DNA of 63,894 nt, the filler included, from Salisapilia sapeloensis CBS 127946 (Eukaryota; Protista; Oomycota): assembly GCA_023334545.1 (NCBI GenBank). It is 10 parts of 10 records of this genome, joined end to end, with 100 filler letters (N's around TTAATTAATTAA, not from the genome) between each part and the next. Parts side by side here need not be neighbours in the genome. Positions count along the whole stretch, not along the records: positions 1 to 14,644 come from JAADVB010000384.1; positions 14,745 to 40,459 come from JAADVB010000246.1; 8 more parts are not named here. One strand, 5' to 3'. Below are positions 10,570 to 21,500 of this stretch, in pieces. The position numbers and the translations under genes were made by a program. The notes below the pieces were generated by a model. That model was not told the DNA's origin. It searched no databases and was given only the letters and a program-made list of their open reading frames with translations. The stretch's first letter is position 1, and every line of letters begins with the position of its first letter.

Positions 10570-12619
10570 ATGGCACTACCAATTGAGATGGAGCTGGATG
10601 AAGCGACGCTCGAGCGCTATGCAGACGTAAGTCTTTGTGCATTTGCATGAAGGTATGATGCAATGATTCATTAGATCCTAATGTTGGTATTGCTTGAAAG
10701 TGGCTGGATGAGATGGAGAAGTCGGACCCAGAGAGCTATCGATCGTTGATGGCGACGATGCAGTCTCAGCTTCAGGGAGGTGGCACTGACCAGCAATCGG
10801 ATAGTTCTGGGCAAAGCGTAGAGGAAAAGATCATGAACAAGCTCCGATCAGCTTCCGATACTTCCCCGTCTACTACTGACGATGGTACGTGCATCATGCC
10901 GACCAGTCCTTATGTCAGTAATTCACGACATACTCTAGCATTCATGCCTCACTTCCCAGGCAACAAGGAGATGGGAAATAATGGTCTACAAGCGAAACAA
11001 GAAGGCGTATGTGGTGTATATTTCGTACTCGATTTCTTGATGACCATTCTCGATGGCGTAGATGTACATTGATGTCGATCCAGGCTTTGTGGTAAAATCT
11101 ACGAACATTTCGACTAAGGAAAAGGTAGTGGTATTTATACACGGCATAAATGAAAGGATAGAGAAGACTAAGGACTCTTGTGGACACTAGGTGTTCCTCA
11201 ATGTCTGTACATCCGGATACATTCAAACGTTTTCCGAGAAGAAAAAGTTGGACGAACACGGAAAGGAACAGGACGGGTTGCACATACCTCTTTCTCTAGG
11301 ACCACCACATTCCGTGAAAGATAAGAGTGGTATGGACTGTACTGCTTTTGACGTTGCGGTCAATCCGGACGTTGTGAAAGACTGTCAACAGGACACCACA
11401 GGCTCCTTTCGCCACTTTGTCTGTCAACTAGCAATCCAATACGTCGAAGAAAAAGTAGTCTATACATTCAAACCATCGTTTTCCTCGTATAAATACTTAT
11501 ATAAAAAATAGCATACGATCGAGCTAGATCCACGCTATAAGCTGCCAAATCTCAAGTACCGAGGCGACCTTCCACCTCCGAAGCACTACATTCGCAAGAC
11601 GCAGACACCTCAGATTCAAGAAGTGAACTCGACTGTAAAGCAACCGGTGGTGAAAAAGAAAGACAAGAAGGAGAAGACTCTCCTTGCAGCGTATACAGTC
11701 CAGATAGAGGATGAGAATGGACTCGAAGCGTGCAATCGGAAGCATCCGATAGACGACATCCAGTCTCCCTCGTTATCGAAGCAGATCTTGCAATCCGTCG
11801 GAGATGTCCTACACATTTGTATTTCGTTTAAAAGTGATATTCGTACCTCTGATCAAGTGGGTATGACCATCCAGCCAGAGCTGGTGACCATTGATGCTGA
11901 CAGTCATCATACACAATGTGCGTATAGGTATTCTCCCCTACTACATAGTATCTTAATTGATTAAATGCATAGACATCTGGCTTCCGTATCCGATTGATCC
12001 TTCATCCACAACCGCCTCGATCGTCACATCTAGAAATGAGATGAAACTCTCTTTTCATATCGATAAAGCATGGGACTCGGATGGTCCAGACATTGGTTCA
12101 TCTCCTTGGCTTCTATCCCATGCTCTTCATGACGATACGGCCCCACCTTCAGAGAACCAAAAGCCATTACCTCCAAAGACACTAGCAGAACGTTTCCACT
12201 TAGTCTCGCCTTCACCTTTCCACTCCCAAGCGACGAGCACGAGAGAGATGAAGGAAGAAGAGTTGGCAGAAGATCGATTCCATCAACGCGACATGATGTC
12301 TATGCACATTCTGGAACAACGCAAGCTCGAAAAAGAGCAAAAGGAGAAGGAAGCGGATGAAAACCGACAAAAGAACCGGAAGGAGGTAGAGGAGAAGAAG
12401 AGGAAAGCGGAGGAAGCTGGCAAAACATGGCAGGAGATGTATCCGCAAGAGCCAGAAGTGAACTATATCGACTTTGGCGAAGACAAGCAGGAGGAAGTAG
12501 TAGAGGAAATAGCGGGAAAGAGTAGTGAGGATGCAAAGGAAGCAGCGCTGGCTTGGCGTGAAGCGAGGGAGGGTGGACTAGACTTGGAGACTGCTTTAGC
12601 TTTCGAACTATTAGAATAA
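10570..12619 (+). CDS. PIH1-domain protein (kintoun/DNAAF2- or PIH1D1-like co-chaperone), spliced
   Basis: ATG 10570 (MALPIEMELDEATLERYAD, then GTAAG). PIH1 motifs GFVVKS, FLNVCTS, IPLSLGPPHSVKDKSGMDCTAFDVAVNP and YKLPNLKYRG, followed by a CS-like beta region and a charged tail ending LETALAFELLE. The exact paralog is not resolved. Confidence 0.8.
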
Positions 12620-12659
12620 AAACGGAACTGCATGCCTTCTATTCGTTCAAAAGAATGTA

Positions 12660-13553
12660 TTAGGCTTTCGAGTAGTCGCGAGCACCAAAAATGGTCGAGC
12701 CGACACGGACGTACGTACTCCCAGAAGCGATCTACATAAAAAATATAATACTCAGACGTACACGACAAGATAGAAAATAAAGTCAAACGTACAGCCATTT
12801 CAAAATCACCAGACATGCCCATGCTCAGCTCCAGTTCGTGTTCATCCTTGCCTAGAGCTTTCGCGACTTCCTTTCGACACTCGACAAGACGATCGAAGCA
12901 CGTGGACGTCGTGTCTCCTGCCTTGCCAATGGTCATGAGGCCCTTTAGACGAAGGTTTGAGCACGAATCGATTACATGCTGAGCCAAGGCAATCGATCCT
13001 TCGGGAGAAGTACCGCTCTTTTGCTCTTCACCACTCGTGTTCACCTGGAGCATGATCTCGAGTGGAGACGAACGGAACTCGGTGGAAGCTTTGTTGAGAG
13101 CATTCGCGATTTTCACCGAGTCAACGGTCTCCACTACTGCCAAATTCGGTACATCACGCACTAAAGGTTTCGCTTTGTTTGATTGGACGTGACCGATGAA
13201 GTGCCACTTGATGTCCGATGGTAGCTGCGGTGCTTTGGTAATAAGTTCTTGGATCTACCCGTCAAAGACTACCATTAGCTGAGACTATAAAAGTGCAAGA
13301 TAGTAGTGCTTACATAATTTTCTCCAAAGTAGCGCTGATCGGCATCATACGCAGCCTGCAGATCCTCCACTGGTTTCGTCTTGCTCACGGCCACGAGCGT
13401 ACACTATCATAATCGACATATCAAGCATGAGTGGGATCGATAGAAGATTATCCGGCTAGTACTCATCAATACCTGCTGCTTCGCAGGACTTGCAGCAGCA
13501 GCTTCAGCGATTCTGGTCCGCACAGCCACAAGGTTCTTAGCAATAGCCGTCAT
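12660..13553 (-). CDS. PLPBP: Pyridoxal phosphate homeostasis protein (YggS/PROSC family), spliced
   Basis: Spliced protein MTAIAKNL...CTLVAVSKTKP...FGENY|IQELITKAPQLPSDIKWHFIGHVQSNKAK...MLQVNTSGEEQKSG...GLMTIG...LSMGMSGDFEMA|IASGSTSVRVGSTIFGARDY. All family motifs are present. Stop TAA at 12660-12662. Confidence 0.95.
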
Positions 13554-13746
13554 GATCTTGCGTGTCCAAGTTTTAGTGTCTGGGTGGTTTCACTTGTCGT
13601 AAAAACACCTTTTTATTCTTCTTTTCGCTATTTTCGATAAATTCACCGTATTAAATTTCGACTTTCCACACTCCACGCTTCATGTTTTTTTCCTCTGCAT
13701 AAAAGTGCATGAGGGCCCGGCTTCTACCTCCTACTTGAATTCCGAC

Positions 13747-13762
13747 CTCATTCGATAATTTT
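13747..13762 (+). promoter_or_regulatory. Oomycete-type Inr/FPR core promoter
   Basis: CTCATTCGATAATTTT, about 30 nt before ATG 13779, resembles the oomycete GCTCATTYYNCAWTTT consensus. Confidence 0.5.
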
Positions 13763-13778
13763 TAAAAGAAGCGATACC

Positions 13779-14644
13779 ATGGAAGGTCATTTAAAAAAGC
13801 AGGGGGCCAATATCCCCATTATGCACGATAGATACTGTGTCGCAACTTGGGCTGTCGGTCATAACCCCCATCGCAAGATGCTGCTGCGTACATATAAGAA
13901 CGAGAAAGCTTACTTGGGCAATCCAATCCGTCCTCTCAAGGAATATGAACTCAAGTGCGTTGCCGACTGGGATGGTCGCTCTGGCCTTAAGAGACACAAA
14001 CATGGCTTCATTATGAAGATGCAGGACGATAAAGTTTTCTACTGCTGCGCTCCGTCTGACGAAGACAAGCAGCGTTGGCTGGATGTCATGACTCCTGTCT
14101 ATTACCCAGGGCTACCGAAACCTCGCCGTAACTCGTTGCACGCCATTTCCAATGTGTCCCAAGCTACCACAGTTAGGACCAAAAGTGACATGGATCTCTA
14201 TACTTTTCATAGCGGTCGTCCAAGATCTGAAAGTCAGAACAGCTTCTCAACATTCGCTATGTCGGTCGGATATGCAGGCAGTCACATGAGCCGGCTCAGC
14301 TCCTCTGAAGAGGAGGAAATGGATAGCTTGGAGGATTATGAAGCTAATCGTAAGTTGGTAGCGATGGATCGGGCAGTCAAGTCCATTCCAGCCGACATGA
14401 AGCTGACACTGGACGATCTGAGTGCTGAATTACCTGCTCAAGCCAATTCTTCAAATAATGAAAAGAGAAAAGAGCGTCAGACTTCAAGTGATGCAATGCA
14501 GGACCCGAAAATCGAGTCTCCAAGGGAAAGCGAGATCCCGAACAAAACAGACGAAGAGCCGAGTCTCGACAAAAGCCGGAGGCTAAGCTCCTCGTACCCG
14601 CTCGTCTACTCCAAGTTCTTATTCACAAACCCATCTCTCCTGCC
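13779..14644 (+). CDS. PH-domain-like protein, paralog C (3'-truncated by contig end)
   Basis: MEGHLKKQGANIPIMHDRYCVATWAVGHNPHRKMLLRTYKNEKAYLGNP...EDKQRWLDVM. The frame is open to the contig end. Close paralog of A. Confidence 0.88.
14504..14644. repeat. 141-bp terminal inverted repeat of contig C1 (partner 1-141)
   Basis: Exact reverse complement of bases 1-141. It lies inside the coding sequence of both paralogs. Confidence 0.95.
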
Positions 14645-14744
14645 NNNNNNNNNNNNNNNNNNNNNNNNNNNNNNNNNNNNNNNNNNNNTTAATTAATTAA
14701 NNNNNNNNNNNNNNNNNNNNNNNNNNNNNNNNNNNNNNNNNNNN
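14645..14744. other. Artificial contig linker (first of nine)
   Basis: 44 N + TTAATTAATTAA (stops in all six frames) + 44 N. Identical linkers occur at 40460-40559, 42698-42797, 45379-45478, 51928-52027, 54555-54654, 55666-55765, 61174-61273 and 62778-62877. Confidence 0.99.
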
Positions 14745-15290
14745 GGTAGTAACGTACGGCATGCCGGTCACGAGGTACGTCTCCAACGTCCGACTGCCAG
14801 ACGTCATCTGAACAGTAGCTCCGTGGTCCGTCCAGTCGACGACGTTCACATCGGGGTTGGATGTGATCTCGGAAGCAGTCAATGTCACGTCGTGTACAAT
14901 ATCGTGATCGTAGTACCTGACAGCACCGCAATTACCGGTGCTTCCACCCATGATACGTCTTGCAAACCCATACATAGCGGCGAAGCCGTACGGTGGCTTG
15001 GTATTCACGACCTGAATGGTGTATGGGTCGCTCCATACTGGCTGTATCGTATCGTTTGTGTCATAGCCGATCATATTCGCCCACCACTTGTTGGTCGGAA
15101 TAGAACGATTGGAGATGGAACTGGAAACGAAGCGGGGAGGCACCAGGTTGCGCAGCCCGTCGGTTGGTGGGATGAGGCTCGGTGGTGGAGTACCGAGTGT
15201 GGCAACACCATCTTCTGAACTCGTGTCTAAGTTTCCAGCAACCGTTCCAAGGGAGAGTATCGCGAGCACGAGTGCCTTTTCGAGGATCAT
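14745..15290 (-). CDS. Secreted endo-1,3-beta-glucanase, GH81 family (N-terminal part; truncated)
   Basis: Signal peptide MILEKALVLAILSLGTVAG. GH81 N-terminal motifs IPTNKWWAN, WSDPY and YLVTGMPYVT. Runs into the linker. Confidence 0.85.
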
Positions 15291-16798
15291 GGCACTATCA
15301 GTGGGCTGGCGAGAGCAAAAGTGAAAGTGAAGGTTTCGAAGAGTTCAAAGGTAGTTTGGGATGATGGAGAACTCCTTCCTGAAAGATAAGATGAGCACAC
15401 GATCCAACGAACTTTACTTTGCGGTACGGCGGAGCTCTTGCGATTGTTTCACTCTGCGTTCTGATGCGTCTTGATTGACTTGGTTACTGCATCCAATTGA
15501 AGGAACTACTTGGCACCGTGCTGGCTTTTACATGGCTTCAGTGACAGCTTTGGCATCCACCATGATCAAGTTGAAGACACAGGGCATATGTAGATGCTAA
15601 AATCTCACCACTAGGATCTGCATGTGTCGCCGAATGTGGCTTCCATGAAATACTGAGTAACTCACACTGTCGATCGATATAGCACACGGATATCCAAGTG
15701 GCATTTGAACGTTGTCTTGGCCGACGCATTGTGGAGAAGAAGAAAAGGATAAAAAATAATACAAGTAGAAACTCAGTCATCAAGATCTTTTGTTTCCACT
15801 GCCTGACATTCGCCCAAGCTATATTTGGGTCTGGACTAGCTGTTGATGTCTTCCAAGTCTATCTAGTCCTTTTTCTGAAAGTGATGAACACATAAATGCA
15901 GTGTCGGATCGAAGTGGGCAGGAGTAGGAAGCTAGAAACCCGGTTTGAGGAAGGACAATGTGTAATGCCTTGGTTGATACAAGTCGATATAAGGAAGTAG
16001 TGCGTGAATACGGTGCATTTATAATAGTCGAGCGATCTGCGAACGGCTCATCGACGCGGCAATCTCAGTCGATCTACTATAATCTTCCATTGGACGCCAC
16101 TCCACGCGATGAATGCTATGGAATAGACACATCGCGCTGACGAACATTTCTGACAAGGAGAGTGGAAATTTCGGATGCAAAGCACTGCGAACATCCTATC
16201 CGCTGCATCAATTTACAACATGGCATATGAGTGTTCATGCAGTAATCGTAGTGCGGCAGTCACATTAAGTGTCGCTGTAGAGGAAGGAATTCAGAGTTAT
16301 GCGGATGTCCGTTGACCTTTGGACTTTAAGTAGATACCCATTCGATAAAGCGATAATGTTTCATGGACTTGACAGCTTCAAAGCTACTGTTGTGCGAGCT
16401 CTACATAACTTGTATAGTTCAGCCACAATGATCGCTAATCTGGATGGAGGTAGTACGACCCAACAAACGAAAGAAGCATCCATGCATTGCGTTAACTAAG
16501 ACAAAGCAGAGGTCACCATATATGGCCATGTCTACGTCTTCTATCGCGAGTGGCAACCTGGAAGCAAAGCTCTCAGGAGACTCTACACTCGCAGCTAGCA
16601 TCTTCGTCGGTTGAGAGCATTGCTACAAACCAAAAGTTCGATCGAAGTTAATGTAGCGTTTAACAAGGTTGGTAGTCTATTGAAAATGAGGTAGATCTAA
16701 AGAAAAGAGTGGTAATCTAGATGCGGCTTTCTAACCCTAGACTAGGCAGCTCTGTTCACATTCGAGTTAGCAACTAGAATCGAATGTCATGGAAATGC

Positions 16799-17191
16799 TT
16801 AAACGTACTGAAATGGAGAGGTATCCTGCTCATGGCGCTTGAGCATGCTCTTCTTGTACTCTTTCACGGCCAGCACACTGACGAGACCGAACATAAAGAG
16901 GGCGTACGCAGCAAAGAACATCCAGAGAGCAGCGGCTGAGTCTGCTGTTCGTAGCACTGCTCGTAGACATAAGGCAAATATGCCGGCCGTAAAGCCGTAG
17001 AGCATCAGTAGACACATGGGAATGAGCACGAGGTCTTTGGCGGAATTGCCGCAGCACAGCGCATGATATTCTTGGCGGGGTTGATGGGATTTCACTTCTG
17101 CTAAGTTAACATCATTAGCGCGGACACCATCTTGCTCTGTGGCCATTTTGGTCTGGTTCGCCGATGCCATCTTTTCCGCTTCCTTAGACAT
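16799..17191 (-). CDS. Small protein with two transmembrane helices, unknown function
   Basis: 130-aa ATG ORF with a hydrophilic N-terminus, two hydrophobic stretches (LVLIPMCLLMLYGFTAGIFALCL and AAALWMFFAAYALFMFGLVSVLAV) and a basic tail. GC is higher than the flanks. Confidence 0.7.
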   Translation of the reverse strand: MSKEAEKMASANQTKMATEQDGVRANDVNLAEVKSHQPRQEYHALCCGNSAKDLVLIPMCLLMLYGFTAGIFALCLRAVLRTADSAAALWMFFAAYALFMFGLVSVLAVKEYKKSMLKRHEQDTSPFQYV

Positions 17192-17349
17192 GTACGCTTG
17201 TGAAAGTGGTTTCCAATTGCAGTGGTAGTTTCGCCTCTTGCGATCGTTTCTCTAAGATAGGATCTAAAAATGTTCTTGTGCATCTACCTCTGTGAGGTAT
17301 GGGCAGTCTGGTTACGAGTACAGTACTAGGGATAAAGTGGATGTGTAGA

Positions 17350-18020
17350 CATGAGAGAACTAAGGCCGTGTTCCTTCAGCAGACATTTGGGCATTATGCA
17401 AGGAATTATAGGCATTATGAAAACAAACATGGATGAATTGTAATAAGAATCGATGTCCAAGTCCTTGGCGGTTAGTCCTATGCGTGCGTCGTTATTCATC
17501 TTTCTATTCCTATTTGCCTACATCGTTCGTTCCTCTTGTCTAGGCGGGAATATTGTCGAGCGTATCATCGGAAGCCCTTTAGGTTGAAGTTGCATTCGAT
17601 TTAATTGCGCTATTGAGTTCTTCACCAATTTAGTGGGACATAATACATTGCGAGTCACAAATATGGATCAATTATTTCATCCACCACGGTACTACGCCTG
17701 TTCCGAAATAATAGCGAAGAGCTAACTAGCGCAAGTAAAGCGAAGAATTCATCAAGTCGTTCGCGCCCTTTTTCAAATGTGCACATGTCGAGCACCAGAC
17801 GCGACTTGAAGTCTTCTCGAAGATGGTTTCTTCCTGATTGCATCAAAGACGAACAATCAATTGTTTTGTACCACCTCTTTGGCGGGAAATTGTATTGAGG
17901 TGTTCCGTTAGGTATCTAATGGCAAGTGGCAAAACACAATCGGCTATTCTCAACGAACACATAGTTCGCTGATTCAACTACCATTCATATAATTACAAGA
18001 GGTAAATCCACCATTTACCC
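17350..18020. repeat. Degenerate interspersed repeat, copy 1 (boundaries approximate)
   Basis: Shares long blocks such as CCGAAATAATAGCGAAG, GCGCAAGTAAAGCGAAGA and AGCACCAGACGCGACTTGAAGTCTTCTCGAAGATGGTTTC with about 39165-39760 (same orientation). It also matches about 36840-37600 (inverted, more diverged). Confidence 0.85.
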
Positions 18021-18585
18021 AAGCGTTATTCAGCTCAAACATGGCAGAAGAGCTTTGGATTGTCTAGCGTATCATCCTACAAGGCATATTGAGAGCCTGC
18101 CTTTGTCTACTTTGTGCACATTCTCGCTGTCTCCGCGTTCGTCTGCAGTGGATCTACTGAAGACCGAGCACTATCAAGTCTCTTGGCTCTGTACTACATT
18201 CAGTAGCGAGATGGCTTCAATCGGATGCGGAAGAGTAGTCGAGTGCTCTCCGATCTCAGTCGCAATTATTTCCGACTCTCAATGAATTGCGTTTTATTTC
18301 ACGAGACGGCGGCCGATCCTTTAGTCGCTTGTGGCGTTTGAAGCTCTTGTGTTTCATCTTGCTGTTTGTATGCTTCTGGTCCACTTGGCGATTGCAAGAA
18401 AAGAAGGGATCGATTCGCAGACGTATCTCCTTTCGGATCGCAGGAAGGAAGACGCGGCGTTCAGATCAACCGCTCGATTCGCACTCGACCTAGACTTTAA
18501 TCAAGTACACGCTCTTTCCTTGTCTCGACCACCTCTAGTACACACCCGAAGCTCATATCTTTCTAGACAAGCCACGAAAGAGGAA

Positions 18586-21500
18586 ATGAGCAGTGGCGCC
18601 AACGCCAAGCAGGCGCGGCTCACGAGGCAAGCTAGCGTCCTCAACGAATTGCAGGAAAGCCAGGAAAAAGACAGTCTTGAACACCGCTGCGCGCGCCTCA
18701 TGTCGGAGCTCTCGACGCTCTGTGGCGACCGCGACAACGTCTTGACGCCCGAGTCGCTCTCGGCCTTTGCGCACGTCGGCCGGCCGGAGCCCGTGACGCT
18801 CGAGCGGGAGCCGGAGAGGCCAGCGCCCAGTCCGTCGGACTCGGTGGGTATCTCGAGAGGGAGTCTGCGGCACCATCGGCACGAAGATCTCTTGAACGCC
18901 GACGCCGGGCGCCGACAGCGCGTGGAAGAGCTGACGAGATTTTTTATGGAGGCCAAGTCGGATATTGAGTTTGCCCTGGGCGGCAGTCGAGAGTTCCGGG
19001 AGGCGAGGGAGATGGCGGAAGAGAGAGACGACGATCGGGAGACGGACACGGGGGACGAGGACGACGCGGAGAACGCTGCGGATGACAAGGTCGCGGACCC
19101 CCAGCGCGCACGAGCACTGCACCATCGACGTCTAGTGAAGGAGAAGATCGACACGCGGGTGTTCACGCCCATGCTCCGAGGCATCCGCGACAGTGATCCG
19201 GCACTGTACGGCGCAGTGCTGTGTCATCCATTGGTGACGGGGCAGTCGGCGAGTAAAGAGAAGAAGAAAAAGAAGAAGCGCAAGGACCGGCGAGAGGGCA
19301 AGACTGTCGAGGCGAGTGGCAGCGGCATGCTCTCACCGGACTTTAACGCCGAGCCTTTGTCGGACGACGAGGCGGTGGCCAACATCAGCAGGTTTGTGGC
19401 GCGTGCGATCGCAGACGGCAGCACACAGGGACTGCTTCTGGCGTCCAAGCTGGTGCTGTCATGGGTGCTGGAGGATCCGAAGCGGATGAAGGAAGCAGCG
19501 AATATCTTTGCCGTCGCGACGCATCTGCAGGTGCTGCGTGGAGAACCAGCGCCTCGTATGCCTGCGAAGAAGTCTAGTGCAACGAAAGAGAGCGGCGGGA
19601 AGAGCGAAGAGACTGGACAGGCGGAGGCGGAGGAGGACACGGACGCCAAGTCGACGTCGGATGGTGCCGACGGACTGGACGCTGACTCGGACAGCGGGTC
19701 TCTTGCGAAGCTGCGTGCGAGGCTGAGTCGCTTCGGAGATGACGACGAAGACGAAGACAGTCAGGATGATGACGGAGGAGACGACGACGAGGGACACGAC
19801 GAGATCCCGGATGAAGACGCTCTTATGGCTCGAGCCATTGCGCTGTCGCTGTCTCCTGAAGTGAGTCTGGGCCAGAGCGACGCGAAGGACGCCGGTGAAG
19901 AGCAGGGCACTTCGGAATCTAAAGCGGAGGAGAGCGCCAAGCCTCGTCCTGCCGCGTCGTCTCCGGAAGAGATGCTGGCGCTTGGGCCATTCGCTCTCCC
20001 GGAGGAAGATGGTGTGAACGTAAGTGGCGTGACGGTGGCCATGTGTCTCATCACGCAACTGAACCAAAAGTGTCTGACGTACCTCGAATCGTGTCGCAAG
20101 GGCGTCCTCCCGAGCGCTTCGCCCATCCAGCCGCATCCGCTGACGTTCATGCTGGTGAATTCACTCCTGACGGACGTAACGTCGGAGCTTGCGGCTGGGC
20201 GAAACGCTCCTATTCCGAGCAAAGCGAGTGCTACATGGAAACTCTTTGCTGCCTGTACACGCATCTCGATCCTGCGTGTCTTGGAAGCGCACTTGTTCCA
20301 TATTGAAGTAGCAGGCGTGTCTCCTGCCTCGGTTGGTCTCGGACGAGTGTCCAGTTCGTCCAGTAAGAAAGCCAATCCGCTTCTCGAGAGTTTGAAGGCG
20401 CTTGTCCAGCAGCAGATGAAGCTGAGTGTACCGGAGGCAACGTCGGACCCTGTTGGTCGCATCGTCTTCGCCAGACCCAAGGACTGTGCGCCGGAGCAGC
20501 TAGAAGCTGCAGCGGACTTTTACCTCTCGAGCGTCCAGGAACAAGCGGCTGCGGCGTGGGTGCGAGGCATCGCCCACTTCTACTCGTCCCAGCAGGACCG
20601 CTACCACCTGCTCACATCCATGCTCTCGGACTGTCTCCAGACGTCTGCGTCTGGGTCTCGCACGCTGACAAAGCTACAGTTCCAGCAGCTAGACCTCTTG
20701 TGCGCTCGTCTGTCGCTTCCAGACATGGCGCAGCACTTTGTCCCGTCCTGCTCCATCACGGTGGATGCGTATGGGAACGAAGTCTTCTCCCAGAAAGACA
20801 CGACGGAGGTCGTGGATGACAGTACGCTACAGAACCGAGCTCTCAAGGCAGGAAGCGCAGAGGCCGAGTGGGATCCGAGCGTCGTGGAGGCATCTCTGGC
20901 CGACGGGTCTCTCAGCCTCCGCACGCTCTTTGAATTCATCGAGGGGAACGCACCGGGAGACGCCGTGGAAGCCATGCGACTGGACCTTTCTTCTATTAGT
21001 GAAGAGCCTCGGAGTCCCGAGCTGCTGCTAGAAGCGTACAGGAAGATGTGGGAGCACGATCGACAGACAGAGCAGGAAGCGCTCGAGTGCGTGCGTCGAC
21101 TGCCTGCGCTGACAGACCTCTTGCGGTCGAGTCTCTCATCCGGTCTTCCGCACTTTGACTGGAAGAAGGACTATGCGCTCGTCCACGCGCCTCTGGTGCC
21201 TGCGCTGGAGAAGGAAGGCGCGTGGAATGCACGCACGATGCTGCTGCGAGCGCTACAGGACCTCATGGTGCAGCGTCTCGGTGGGAGCAAGGGCGACGAG
21301 CCGCCTGCGCTGGACTTTGACCCATCCCGATGCGCCGAGACCATGACGCTGTCGGACGACAACCGAACCGCGAAGCAATACACGGCCAAGCAGTGGGGAA
21401 TGTCCATGACGACGACAGGCTGTCCGCCAAACACTGGCGTCCACGAGTGGGCTGTCCATCTGGACAGATGCGAGAAGGGACATGTCTTTCTAGGCGTCTG

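Noticed and set aside
14689-14700. Recurrent TTAATTAATTAA palindrome between N runs, and ORFs ending in ...LIN
   Set aside because: Artificial six-frame-stop spacer with identical 44-12-44 structure nine times. ORFs crossing it are artefacts.
18331-18585. 85-codon N-terminal extension of the HECT ORF from a GTG
   Set aside because: Non-ATG start in a eukaryote and composition resembling a UTR. ATG 18586 marks the shift to coding-like GC.
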